In this document: positions 1 to 12,952 of the stretch, one piece after another
Layout: every line of letters starts with the position of its first letter
How positions within the stretch are numbered: the first letter of the stretch is position 1
NCBI RefSeq assembly: GCF_902652985.1
Contig: NC_047025.1
Span: forward strand, 4,774,001-4,838,000
Direction of reading: 5' to 3'
Length of the DNA stretch: 64,000 nucleotides
DNA from: Pecten maximus
Taxonomy: Eukaryota
The notes under the pieces: generated by a model
Told to the model about the DNA's origin: nothing
The model's database searches: none
What the model saw: only the letters and a program-made list of their open reading frames with translations
Made by a program: the position numbers and the translations under genes

Positions 1-3000
1 AATGTCAGAGATATAAAATAGCAGTCAGAGATATAAAATGGTAATCAGAGACATGAAATAGTCGTTAGATATATAACATAGTAGTCAGAGATATAAAATA
101 GTTGACAGAGATATAAAATAGCTGTCAGAGATATAAAATAGCAGTCAGATATATAAAATAGTAGTCCGAGATATAAAATAGCAGTCAGAGATATAAAATA
201 GCAGTCAGATATATAAAATAGCTGTCAGAGATATAAAATAGCAGTCACAGATATAAAATAGCAGTCAGCGATATAAAATAGCAGTCAGATATATAAAATA
301 GCAGTTAGAGTAATAAAATAGTAGTCAGAGATATAAAATAGCAGTCAGAGATATAAAATAGCAGTCAGAGATATGAAATAGCAGTCAGTCAGAGATATAA
401 AATAGCAGTCAGAGATATAAAATAGCAGTCAGAGATATAAAATAGCAGTCAGAGATATAAAATAGCAGTCAGAGATATAAAATAGCAGTCAGATATATAA
501 AATAGTAGGAAGAGATATAAAATAGTAGTAGGAGATATAAAATAGCAGTCAGAGATATAAAATAGCAGTCAGATATATAAAATAGTAGTCAGATATATAA
601 AATAGCAGTCAGAGATATGAAATAGCAGTCAGAGATATAAAATAGCAGTCAGAGATATAAAATAGCAGTCAGAGATGTAAAATAGTCGTCAGAGATATAA
701 AATAGCAGTCAGAGATATAAAAAGGCAGTCAGGTATATAAAATAGTAGTCAGATATATAAAATAGCAGTCACAGATATAAAATAGCAGTCAGAGATATAA
801 AATAGCAGTCAGAGATATAAAATAGCAGTCACAGATATAAAATAGTTGTCAGAGATATAAAATAGCAGTCAGAGATATAAAATAGCAGTAAGATATTTAA
901 AATGATAATCAGAGATATAAAATAGTAGTCAGATATATAAAATAGCAGTCAGAGATATAAAATAGCAGTCAGAGATATAAAATAGCAGTCACAGATATAA
1001 AATATTTGTCAGAGATATAAAATAGTTGTCAGAGATATAAAATAGCAGTCAGAGATATAAAATAGCAGTCAGAGATATAAAATATTTGTCAGAGATATAA
1101 AATAGTTGTCAGAGATATAAAATAGCAGTCAGAGATATATAAAATAACAGTCACAGATATAAAATAGCAGTCACAGATATGAAATAGTAGTCAGAGATAT
1201 AAAATAGTTGTCGGAGATATAAAATAGCAGTCAGAGATATAAAATAGCAGTCAGAGATATAAAACAGCAGTCAGAGATATAAAATAGTAGTCAGAGATAT
1301 AAAATAGCAGTCACAGATATAAAATAGTTGTCGGAGATATATAACATAGCAGTCAGAGATATAAAATAGTAGTCAGAGATATAAAATAGCAGTCACAGAT
1401 ATAAAATAGCAGTCACAGATATGAAATAGCTGTCAGAGATATAAAATAGTAGTCAGAGATATAAAATAGTAGTCAGAGATATAAAATAGTTGTCGGAGAT
1501 ATAAAATAGCAGTCACAGATATAAAATAGCAGTCACAGATATGAAATAGCTGTCAGAGATATAAAATAGTAGTCAGAGATATAAAATAGCAGTCACAGAT
1601 ATAAAATAGTTGTCGGAGATATATAACATAGCAGTCAGAGATATAAAATAGTAGTCAGAGATATAAAATAGCAGTCATAGATATAAAATAGCAGTCAGGG
1701 ATATAAAATAGCAGTCAGATATATAAAACAGCAGTCAGAGATATAAAATAGCAGTCAGCGATATAAAATAGTCGTCAGAGATATGAAATAGCAGTCAGAG
1801 ATATATAATACTAGTCAGATATATAAAATAGTAGTCAGATATATAAAATAGCAGTCAGATATATAAAATAGTAGTCAGAGATATAAAATAGCAGTCAGAT
1901 ATATAAAATAGCAGTCAGAGATATAAAATAGCAGTCAGAGATATAAAATAGTCGTCAGCGATATAAAATAGCAGTCAGAGATATAAAATAGCAGTCAGAG
2001 TAATAAAATAGTAGTCAGAGATATAAAATAGCAGTCAGAGATATAAAATAGCAGTCAGAGATATAAAATAGCAGTCAGATATATGAAATAGTAGTCAGAT
2101 ATATAAAATAGCAGTCAGAGATATAAAATAGCAGTCATAGATGTAAATGGCAGTCAGAGATATAAAATAGTAGTAAGAGATATAAAATAGTAGTAGGAGA
2201 TATAAAATAGCAGTCAGAGATATAAAATAGCAGTCAGATATATAAAATAGTATTCAGATATATAAAATAGCAGTCAGAGATATGAAATAGCAGTCAGAGA
2301 TATAAAATAGCAGTCAGAGATGTAAAATAGCAGTCAGAGATATAAAATAGCAGTGAGATATATAAAATAGTAGTCAGAGATATAAAATAGCAGTCAGAGA
2401 TGTAAAATAGTCGTCAGAGATATAAAATAGCAGTCAGAGATATAAAATAGCAGTCAGGTATATAAAATAGTAGTCAGATATATAAAATAGCAGTCAGATA
2501 TATAAAATAGTAGTCAGAGATATAAAATAGCAGTCAGAGATGTAAAATAGCAGTCAGAGATATAAAATAGCAGTGAGATATATAAAATAGTAGTCAGAGA
2601 TATAAAATAGCAGTCAGAGATGTAAAATAGTCGTCAGAGATATAAAATAGCAGTCAGAGATATAAAATAGCAGTCAGGTATATAAAATAGTAGTCAGATA
2701 TATAAAATAGCAGTCAGATATATAAAATAGTAGTCAGAGATATAAAATAGCAGGCAGAGATATAAAATGGCAGTCAGGTATATAAAATAGCAGTCAGATA
2801 TATAAAATAGCAGTCAGAGATATAAAATAGCAGTCACAGATATAAAATAGTTGTCAGAGATATAAAATAGCGGTCACAGATATAAAATAGTTGTCAAAGA
2901 TATAAAATAGCAGTAAGAGATATAAAACAGTAGTCAGAGATATAAAATAGTAGTCAGATATATAAAATAGCAGTCATAGATATAAAATAGTAGTAAGAGA

Positions 3001-6000
3001 TATAAAATAGCAATCAGAGATATAAAATAGTCGTCAGAGATATAAAATAGTTGTCAGAGATATATAAAATAGCAGTCACAGATATAAAATAGTTGTCAGA
3101 GATATGAAATAGCTTTCAGAGATATAAAATAGTCGTAAGATATATAACATAGCAGTCAGAGATATAAAATAGTAGTCATAGATATAAAATAGCAGTCATA
3201 GATATAAAATAGCAGTCATAGATATAAAATAGCAGTCAGATATATGAAATAGTAGTCAGATATATAAAATAGCAGTCAGAGATATAAAATAGCAGTCATA
3301 GATGTAAATGGCAGTCAGAGATATAAAATAGTAGTAAGAGATATAAAATAGTAGTAGGAGATATAAAATAGCAGTCAGAGATATAAAATAGCAGTCAGAT
3401 ATATAAAATAGTATTCAGATATATAAAATAGCAGTCAGAGATATGAAATAGCAGTCAGAGATATAAAATAGCAGTCAGAGATGTAAAATAGCAGTCAGAG
3501 ATATAAAATAGCAGTGAGATATATAAAATAGTAGTCAGAGATATAAAATAGCAGTCAGAGATGTAAAATAGTCGTCAGAGATATAAAATAGCAGTCAGAG
3601 ATATAAAATAGCAGTCAGGTATATAAAATAGTAGTCAGATATATAAAATAGCAGTCAGATATATAAAATAGTAGTCAGAAATATAAAATAGCAGGCAGAG
3701 ATATAAAATGGCAGTCAGGTATATAAAATAGCAGTCAGATATATAAAATAGCAGTCAGAGATATAAAATAGCAGTCACAGATATAAAATAGTTGTCAGAG
3801 ATATAAAATAGCAGTCACAGATATAAAATAGTTGTCAAAGATATAAAATAGTAGTCAGAGATATAAAATAGTTGTCGGAGATATAAAATAGCAGTCACAG
3901 ATATAAAATAGCAGTCACAGATATGAAATAGCTGTCAGAGATATAAAATAGTAGTCAGAGATATAAAATAGCAGTCACAGATATAAAATAGTTGTCGGAG
4001 ATATATAACATAGCAGTCAGAGATATAAAATAGTAGTCAGAGATATAAAATAGCAGTCATAGATATAAAATAGCAGTCAGGGATATAAAATAGCAGTCAG
4101 ATATATAAAACAGCAGTCAGAGATATAAAATAGCAGTCAGCGATATAAAATAGTCGTCAGAGATATGAAATAGCAGTCAGAGATATAAAATACTAGTCAG
4201 ATATATAAAATAGTAGTCAGATATATAAAATAGCAGTCAGATATATAAAATAGTAGTCAGAGATATAAAATAGCAGTCAGATATATAAAATAGCAGTCAG
4301 AGATATAAAATAGCAGTCAGAGATATAAAATAGTCGTCAGCGATATAAAATAGCAGTCAGAGATATAAAATAGCAGTCAGAGTAATAAAATAGTAGTCAG
4401 AGATATAAAATAGCAGTCAGAGATATAAAATAGCAGTCAGAGATATAAAATAGCAGTCAGATATATGAAATAGTAGTCAGATATATAAAATAGCAGTCAG
4501 AGATATAAAATAGCAGTCATAGATGTAAATGGCAGTCAGAGATATAAACTAGTAGTAAGAGATATAAAATAGTAGTAGGAGATATAAAATAGCAGTCAGA
4601 GATATAAAATAGCAGTCAGATATATAAAATAGTATTCAGATATATAAAATAGCAGTCAGAGATATGAAATAGCAGTCAGAGATATAAAATAGCAGTCAGA
4701 GATGTAAAATAGCAGTCAGAGATATAAAATAGCAGTCAGATATATAAAATAGTAGTCAGAGATATAAAATAGCAGTCAGAGATGTAAAATAGTCGTCAGA
4801 GATATAAAATAGCAGTCAGAGATATAAAATAGCAGTCAGGTATATAAAATAGTAGTCAGATATATAAAATAGCAGTCAGATATATAAAATAGTAGTCAGA
4901 GATATAAAATAGCAGGCAGAGATATAAAATGGCAGTCAGGTATATAAAATAGCAGTCAGATATATAAAATAGCAGTCAGAGATATAAAATAGCAGTCACA
5001 GATATAAAATAGTTGTCAGAGATATAAAATAGCGGTCACAGATATAAAATAGTTGTCAAAGATATAAAATAGCAGTAAGAGATATAAAACAGTAGTCAGA
5101 GATATAAAATAGTAGTCAGATATATAAAATAGCAGTCATAGATATAAAATAGTAGTAAGAGATATAAAATAGCAATCAGAGATATAAAATAGTCGTCAGA
5201 GATATAAAATAGTTGTCAGAGATATATAAAATAGCAGTCACAGATATAAAATAGTTGTCAGAGATATGAAATAGCTTTCAGAGATATAAAATAGTCGTAA
5301 GATATATAACATAGCAGTCAGAGATATAAAATAGTAGTCATAGATATAAAATAGCAGTCATAGATATAAAATAGCAGTCAGATATATGAAATAGTAGTCA
5401 GATATATAAAATAGCAGTCAGAGATATAAAATAGCAGTCATAGATGTAAATGGCAGTCAGAGATATAAAATAGTAGTAAGAGATATAAAATAGTAGTAGG
5501 AGATATAAAATAGCAGTCAGAGATATAAAATAGCAGTCAGATATATAAAATAGTATTCAGATATATAAAATAGCAGTCAGAGATATGAAATAGCAGTCAG
5601 AGATATAAAATAGCAGTCAGAGATGTAAAATAGCAGTCAGAGATATAAAATAGCAGTGAGATATATAAAATAGTAGTCAGAGATATAAAATAGCAGTCAG
5701 AGATGTAAAATAGTCGTCAGAGATATAAAATAGCAGTCAGAGATATAAAATAGCAGTCAGGTATATAAAATAGTAGTCAGATATATAAAATAGCAGTCAG
5801 ATATATAAAATAGTAGTCAGAGATATAAAATAGCAGGCAGAGATATAAAATGGCAGTCAGGTATATAAAATAGCAGTCAGATATATAAAATAGCAGTCAG
5901 AGATATAAAATAGCAGTCACAGATATAAAATAGTTGTCAGAGATATAAAATAGCAGTCACAGATATAAAATAGTTGTCAAAGATATAAAATAGCAGTAAG

Positions 6001-7920
6001 AGATATAAAACAGTAGTCAGAGATATAAAATAGTAGTCAGATATATAAAATAGCAGTCATAGATATAAAATAGTAGTAAGAGATATAAAATAGCAATCAG
6101 AGATATAAAATAGTCGTCAGAGATATAAAATAGTTGTCAGAGATATATAAAATAGCAGTCACAGATATAAAATAGTTGTCAGAGATATGAAATAGCTTTC
6201 AGAGATAAAAAATAGTCGTTAGATATATAACATAGCAGTCAGAGATATAAAATAGTAGTCATAGATATAAAATAGCAGTCATAGATATAAAATAGCAGTC
6301 AGAGATATAAAATAGCAGTCAGAGATATAAAACAGCAGTCAGAGATATAAAATAGCAGTCAGCGATATAAAATAGTAGTCAGAGATATATAAAATAGCAG
6401 TCAGAGATATAAAATGGTAGTCAGAGATATAAAATAGTTGTCAGAGATATAAAATAGCAGTCAGAGATATAAAATAGCAATCAGAGATATAAAATAGTCG
6501 TCAGAGATATATAAAATAGCAGTCAGAGATATAAAATAGCAGTCACAGATATGAAATAGTTGTCAGAGATATAAAATAGTTGTCAGAGATATAAAATGGC
6601 AGTCAGAGTAATAAAATAGTTGTCAGAGATATAAAATAGCAGTCAGAGATATAAAATAGTAGTCAGAGATATAAAATAGCAGTCAGAGATATAAAATAGC
6701 AGTCACAGATATGAAATAGTTGTCAGAGATATAAAATAGTTGTCAGAGATATAAAATAGCAATCAGAGATATAAAATAGTCGTCAGAGATATAAAATAGC
6801 AGTCAGAGATATAAAATAGTTGTCAGAGATATAAAATAGCAATCAGAGATATAAAATAGTCGTCAGAGATATATAAAATAGCAGTCAGAGATATAAAATA
6901 GCAGTCAGAGATATAAAATAGCAGTCACAGATATGAAATAGTTGTCAGAGATATAAAATAGTTGTCAGAGATATAAAATGGTTGTCAGATATATAAAATA
7001 GCAGTCAGAGATATAAAATAGTAGTCAGATATATAAAATAGTAGTCAGATATATAAAATAGCAATCAGAGATATAAAATAGTCGTCAGAGATATAAAATA
7101 GCAGTCAGAGATATAAAATGGCAGTCAGAGTAATAAAATGGTTGTCAGAGATATAAAATAGTAGTCAGAGATATAAAATAGCAGTCAGAGATATAAAATG
7201 GCAGTCAGAGATATAAAATAGTAGTCAGATATATAAAATAGCAGTCAGATATATAAAATAGCAGTCAGAGATGTAAAATAGTAGTCAGAGATATAAAATA
7301 GCATTCATAGATATGAAATAGTCGTCAGAGATGTAAAATAGTAGTCAGAGATATGAAATAGTCGTCAGAGATATAAAATAGTTGTCAGAGATATAAAATA
7401 GTTGTCAGAGATATAAAATAGCAGTCAGAGATATAAAATAGCAGTCACAGATATGAAATAGTCGTCAGAGATGTAAAATAGTAGTCAGAGATATAAAATA
7501 GCATTCATAGATACAAAATAGAAGTCAGAGATATAAAATAGTAGTCAGAGATATAAAATAGTTGTCAGAGATATAAAATAGCAGTCAGAGATATAAAATA
7601 GCAATCAGAGATATAAAATAGTCGTCAGAGATGTAAAATAGTAGTCAGAGATATAAAATAGTCGTCAGATATATAAAATAGTTGTCAGAGATATAACATA
7701 GCAGTCAGAGATATAAAATAGCAGTCAGAGATATAAAATAGCAGTCAGATATATAAAATAGTAGTCAGAGATATAAAATAGTAGTCAGAGATATAAAATA
7801 GCAGTCAGAGATATAAAATAGTCGTCAGAGATATAAGATAGCAGTCAGAGATATAAAATAGCAGTCAGAGATATAAAATAGTAGTAAGAGATATAAAATA
7901 GCAGTCAGAGATATATAAAA
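1..7920. repeat. 20-bp tandem satellite (consensus AGAGATATAAAATAGCAGTC), ~395 copies, probably intronic to the SLC7 gene
   Basis: Continuous 20-bp periodicity; runs off the left edge; a few degenerate units resume at ~8046-8081. Confidence 0.98.
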
Positions 7921-7957
7921 TAACACTACAGCAGACAGTGCTAGTATGCTTCACATT

Positions 7958-8037
7958 GGTCATTAGTCTGATGAAGGTGACAGTATAGTCATCGAAACGT
8001 CGCACTCTTAAATATCATATTGGTTGTGTCACATGAC
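7958..8037 (+). ncRNA. Minimal type I hammerhead ribozyme-like motif (Penelope pLTR-type) in a ~125-bp insert
   Basis: CTGATGA (7968-74), A, stem II GGTGAC/GTCATC around loop AGTATA, GAAA (7994-97), palindromic ACGT, GTC cleavage triplet ending 8001; proximal stem I is imperfect. Confidence 0.7.
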
Positions 8038-8235
8038 TTCTTTCATAGTAGTCAGAGATACAAAACAGTAGCCAAAGATAAGAAAACAAAAACAAAAAAC
8101 TCAAACATTTGTAAAAGTGAATTCACTCTGTACTGATCAACGTTTGGCATAAACACCATTCGGTTAATATTGTCTTCTGTTACAAATTAAAATATATGTA
8201 CCTCTTTCTAAGACCATACTTGTTTTTACGTACAG

Positions 8236-8385
8236 CTGACGTGGGGATTGGTGATGTTGTACACAGGGGGCGTTATTGATATGATGGATTTTATCGGTCT
8301 CTACTCCACAACGATGGGAATTGCTGTCGTGTTGTCACTTCTCTACCTCAGGTACACAAAACCGGACGACCACCGACCATACCAG
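8236..8385 (+). CDS. SLC7/LAT-family amino-acid transporter light chain, antepenultimate exon (150 bp)
   Basis: tacag| acceptor, |gtacgt donor; LTWGLVMLYTGGVIDMMDFIG...LLYLRYTKPDDHRPYQ resembles the LAT 'LxLRxxxPxxxRP' motif. Confidence 0.88.
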
Positions 8386-8395
8386 GTACGTACCG

Positions 8396-8632
8396 AAACA
8401 ACAGCTAGGTGTTACAGTAAACAACAGCTAAGTGTCACAGTAAAAAACAGCTAGGTGTTACAGTAAACAACAGCTAGTTGCTACAGTAAACAACATCTAG
8501 GTGTTACAGTAAACAACAGCTAGGTGTTACAGAAAACAACAGCTAGGTGTTACAGTAAACAACAGCTAGATGTTACAGTAAACAACAGCTAGATGTTACA
8601 GTACACAATAGCTAGGTGTTAGAGTAAACAAT
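8396..8632. repeat. 23-bp intronic minisatellite (AAACAACAGCTAGGTGTTACAGT), ~10 copies
   Basis: Direct periodicity. Confidence 0.92.
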
Positions 8633-9061
8633 AGTCCCCCTTTTATATTATAGTGTTACTTAACATATTATTCATTCTGAAGCCAATATATGTCATATCG
8701 CATACAGTTCGATACAAAATTACTACTTTTATACATACCCTTTTTAACACTAATAAGGCTATTCTACTGGTTACATGATGTACGTTCGTTTTTGGACATC
8801 ATTTTTTGTTTGTTTTTGTCCTTTCTTCGGAATTGTCTCCTTCCCCTTGCTAAAAACCATGGGACAGCACTCAATATATTTGACCAATAGCTTTTTCAAT
8901 GTGTCACAATGGAAATAAAATGCATACATTTGTATATTAGATGTATTATTATATTATTGTACTATGTACACTATCAACTAGTAATATTTACGAAAATGCG
9001 GCTAGTTTGGAGGTATACATATAACGGTTCTCGTTACAATAAGTACGTTTTTTGTTGACAG

Positions 9062-9239
9062 ACGATGTTCTTCGTGCCTCTTGTCATGCTGGTTGTCAAC
9101 ATAGCAGTTTTGGTACTCGCTATCTACCAGAAACCTCAGAAGATGGGTATAGGTCTAGGTATCCTATTCTCGGGCATCCCCCTCTACTGGTTTGGTGTCC
9201 TATGGGAGCCTAAACCGAAATGTTTCCGGGATTTTATTG
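9062..9239 (+). CDS. SLC7/LAT-family transporter, penultimate exon (178 bp)
   Basis: gacag| acceptor, G|gtaagt donor; TMFFVPLVML...GIGLGILFSGIPLYWFGVLWEPKPK matches the LAT last-TM 'SGxPxY..GV.W..KP' motif; phase fits the previous exon. Confidence 0.9.
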
Positions 9240-9549
9240 GTAAGTATTTTTTACAATTTCGTCTTAAAAATACTTAAAACACGACATAGGGAAACATCAA
9301 TTCGTGAAATGGTGATATATTTTATCAAAAATTCAAACAATTTAGCTTTCGAAAGCTATTTTAAGAACACATATTAGGGGTTATACCAATAATTTTCAGG
9401 AACAATTGAAAATGTTGTGTTGGAAACATGAACTCATAATTAGTTAGATTGAAAGTATAATTCCTGACAAATTATTTAACGAATTCATGATTTGTATTAT
9501 AAAATGTTTACAAGTGTTAAAATAATATCTTTCTTTTCTTTATTCGTAG

Positions 9550-9605
9550 GAGGATGGACTATAGTTGCCCAAAAACTTTTTATGATTGGAAAGACTTCTT
9601 CGTGA
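9550..9605 (+). CDS. SLC7/LAT-family transporter, terminal coding exon
   Basis: Polypyrimidine tract then cgtag|; phase 1 gives GGWTIVAQKLFMIGKTSS-TGA, with the LAT C-terminal 'T...QKL' motif. Confidence 0.85.
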
Positions 9606-9719
9606 TCATGTCCATGCCAACTCCTCGTGGTGATCTCAGAAAACCAAAGGATGATCTCATCGTTCAAAAACACATTGTGATCATAAATATGTAATCATTG
9701 TGAGGATCTCACTCATTAC

Positions 9720-10060
9720 GGAGAAAATCTCGTAGTGATCACGCTATTGAGAAAATCTAAGTGATCACGCTATAGAGAAAATCTAATAGTGATCTCGCTA
9801 TTGAGAATATCTCGTTATTGAGAAAATCTAGTAGTGATCTCGTTATTGAGAAATTCTCATTATTGAGCAAATCTAATAGTGATCTCGCTATTGAGAAAAT
9901 CTAGTAGTAATCGTGTTATTGAGAAAATCTCGTTATTGAGAAAATCTAATAGTGATCGTGTTATTGAGAAAATCTAATAGTGACCTCGCTATTGAGAAAA
10001 TCTAATAGTGATCTCGTTATTAAGAAAATATCTAGTTATCTAGTCAATGAGAAACATCGT
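9720..10060. repeat. Degenerate ~28-bp tandem repeat (GAGAAAATCTAATAGTGATCTCGCTATT) in the probable 3' UTR
   Basis: Direct periodicity with truncated units. Confidence 0.85.
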
Positions 10061-10924
10061 TGTGATATGGTCATTGAAAAAAATAATTCACTGTGATCTT
10101 TAGTGAGAAAATCTTTATGCGCTCTATTCGTTGATGAATCAGTTGGTATTACCGCCATTTTGAAAAATATTGCAGTTGAAACTCTTCATTAGGCTACGAT
10201 AGCACCGCTAGAGACAAACGTCTTGATCACGTTGACTGTGATAAAGCCTGAAGTAACAAAGACTATGATTGGATAAACATTTCACTCTGTAGACATTCAA
10301 CATATCCTAGTCACGGCGATTGTCTATGTTTTTGATATCAAACTACCCTGAAGGTATAATCAGTCCTAAGATTAGGGGACCCATATGTTGATGGTGAAAT
10401 TTTCTCCAAATATTAATTCCAGCTTCTAAAATTCAAGACAGTGTCCTTGACAAGATCGGCATCTTCAAAAACTTATATACATATATCAGTAGAGTAATGT
10501 AGTTTATATGTATTGTCTTGAAGGTATCTAAAGCAAAATTGATTTTGTCCAACCTTATACCTGGTCGAGTTTCACGCCGATATCTCAGCATAGTAACAAC
10601 CAGCACGAAGAAACAAATTATATAATTACATAATATATTATGATAATCAGTCATTCATTAAGTAGGACATTCGCTTATTAGCTTGAATGACTTTCATGTT
10701 ATATAATGTTCGACCTAAGATTTTTTTGCGATATCTTGTCACAGCGATCGGTCGCGATTTATATGGGTTTGATAAAGTTTTATACAGCAAAAACATAATA
10801 TCGCTTCAGACATTAATAAAATTATCGGAAGCGAGTCGTACCACAACGCGCATATTTTAATTAATTACGAAAGTAATATATCTAATATATATATGAGAAG
10901 ATGATAAAACCATATTATTCTCTC

Positions 10925-11150
10925 TAAACTAGGTATGGCTTACAGCACTATATATCATATCTAAACTAGGGATGGTTTATAATACTACATTATAACTAAA
11001 CTAGGGATGGTTTATAATACTATATTATAACTAAACTAGGGATGGTTTATAATACTATATTATAACTAAACTAGGGATGGTTTATAATACTATATTATAA
11101 CTGAACTAGGGATGGTTTATAATACTATATTATAACTAAGCTAGGGATGT
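10925..11150. repeat. 35-bp tandem repeat (TAACTAAACTAGGGATGGTTTATAATACTATATTA), ~6 copies
   Basis: CTAGGG recurs every 35 bp (11001, 11036...). Confidence 0.9.
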
Positions 11151-12056
11151 TCGATACTATTATCAAGTCTAACCTGAAAATGGGATGCCTTATGATACAT
11201 TGTTAAGGAATTAGTGTCCAGTTCTCTCCGACCAAGGTGGTCATTGTTTAAAAGCTGTTGTTAAAGTTACGGTTAATTTACAATGTTAGAAATATATTAT
11301 TTTATGTTATACGATGATTTTATTTTGAATAAATCTCATACATATATTTTACTATATATATTGTTTTATTTTCACCAACGATGTTCTATCTTCTGACTGT
11401 GGTCCGATAAAATATATATTATGTTCATCATATACATTGATTACGATACAGATGTTACAATAAGTACCTGGATTTAACGAATGCCAAAAGTGATAATTTG
11501 TTCAACCCAGTGATCTATTTTAACCGACTCAGATATATGTTTTTAAGAATTTATATTAATAGATGTTTCCCCCATTTTCCATGTGATTTCCAATTTTGTG
11601 TACTTGGGGTAGAGAAGCGACAGCACGACAGCCATCTCCATCCATGTGGAGATGAGACCGATAAATTCCATCATGTAAATAACACAGCATCACCAGTCCC
11701 CACGCTAGCTGTGCTTAAAAACAATTACAGGCTAAGAAAGACAGAAAACGTTTTCCATGTGGTGAATGTATTTCTGTGAAAACAAATAAAAACCCTAACA
11801 CTTACTCGTAATGTCACGTTACTCTCCCCGATGGTGAAGCAAGACATTTATTTATTTCATGTTTTACAAAACCTAATATTTCCTAAACACTTACTCGTAA
11901 TGTCACGTGAATCACCTCGATATTCCCGAAAACATTCATTTATTTCTTGCTTTACAGACAATGGCGAATGTAGCACAAAAGTACCCCCAGGAACTTTCCT
12001 TAGTTTTTTTCTTGTATGTCCCAGGATCAGACTCGTATCATCCAATGGAGACTCGC

Positions 12057-12410
12057 GCTCTGTTTAGTTCAGTTTATTTAGTAACTTTCTGTCTACAATG
12101 TTTATCTAATAGGAAACTATCTCTCTGTTCAGTTCAGTTAATTTAGTAACTTTAGGTCTTCAATGTTTACATCTAATAGGAAACTATCTCTCTGTTCAGT
12201 TCAGTTAATTTAGTAACTTTTGGTCTACAACGTTTCATCTAATAGGAAACTCTCTCTGTTAAGTTCAGTTAATTTAGTAACTTTTGGTCTACAATGTTTC
12301 ATCTAATAGGAAACTCTTTCTGTTTAGTTTAGTTAATTTAGTAACTTTTGGTCTACAATGTTTCATCTAATAGGAAACTCTCTCTGTTTAGTTTAGTTAA
12401 TTTAGTAACA
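12057..12410. repeat. ~60-bp tandem repeat, ~6 copies
   Basis: Repeating CTCTGTTxAGTTCAGTTAATTTAGTAACTTTTGGTCTACAATGTTTCATCTAATAGGAAACT. Confidence 0.9.
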
Positions 12411-12732
12411 GCCCATACATACAGACAGCGATACATTCTATACACTCTATAGAGAGTTAAATGAAGAGTGGAGTACTACGTTTTGGTTCCTTTGTGCAGT
12501 TTACAGATAATAATTAGTTTAAACATGATGCATTTCCCATTAACATATCTGGTATATCTACGTCATTATTGTTTTTCAAATTTTACAGATTGAACGAAAC
12601 GGAGACGAGCTATGGTGGTACATTATCTTTGAATTCAGATAACATTATGGTATCCACATATTTACAGCCTTAAGCACGCAGATAATCAAGCATATACTTA
12701 TATTTACTTGGTTAAAAATATCGAATATATAT

Positions 12733-12910
12733 GGGGCCGTGGTGGCCGAGCGGGTTAAGGTGCCCTGACACTTTATCACTAGCCCCCCCCCCCCCCCCCC
12801 CCCCCCTCTGGGTTGCGAGTACTCCGGCTTTCCTCCACCTCCAAAACCTGGCATGTCCTTAAATGACCCTGGCTGTTGATGGGACGTTAATCAAAACAAA
12901 CCAAACCAAA
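12733..12910 (+). mobile_element. tRNA-derived SINE, internally deleted
   Basis: tRNA-like head GGGGCCGTGGTGGCCGAGCGG.TTAAGG (A box), central GTACTCCGGCTTTCCTCCACC, (CAAAC)n tail. Confidence 0.75.
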
Positions 12911-12952
12911 TCGAAAGATTACGTGATCCACATAGTGTCTATGTACACCATG

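Noticed and set aside
12733-12770. tRNA gene
   Set aside because: Only the 5' half/A box is present; no cloverleaf, and a SINE body follows
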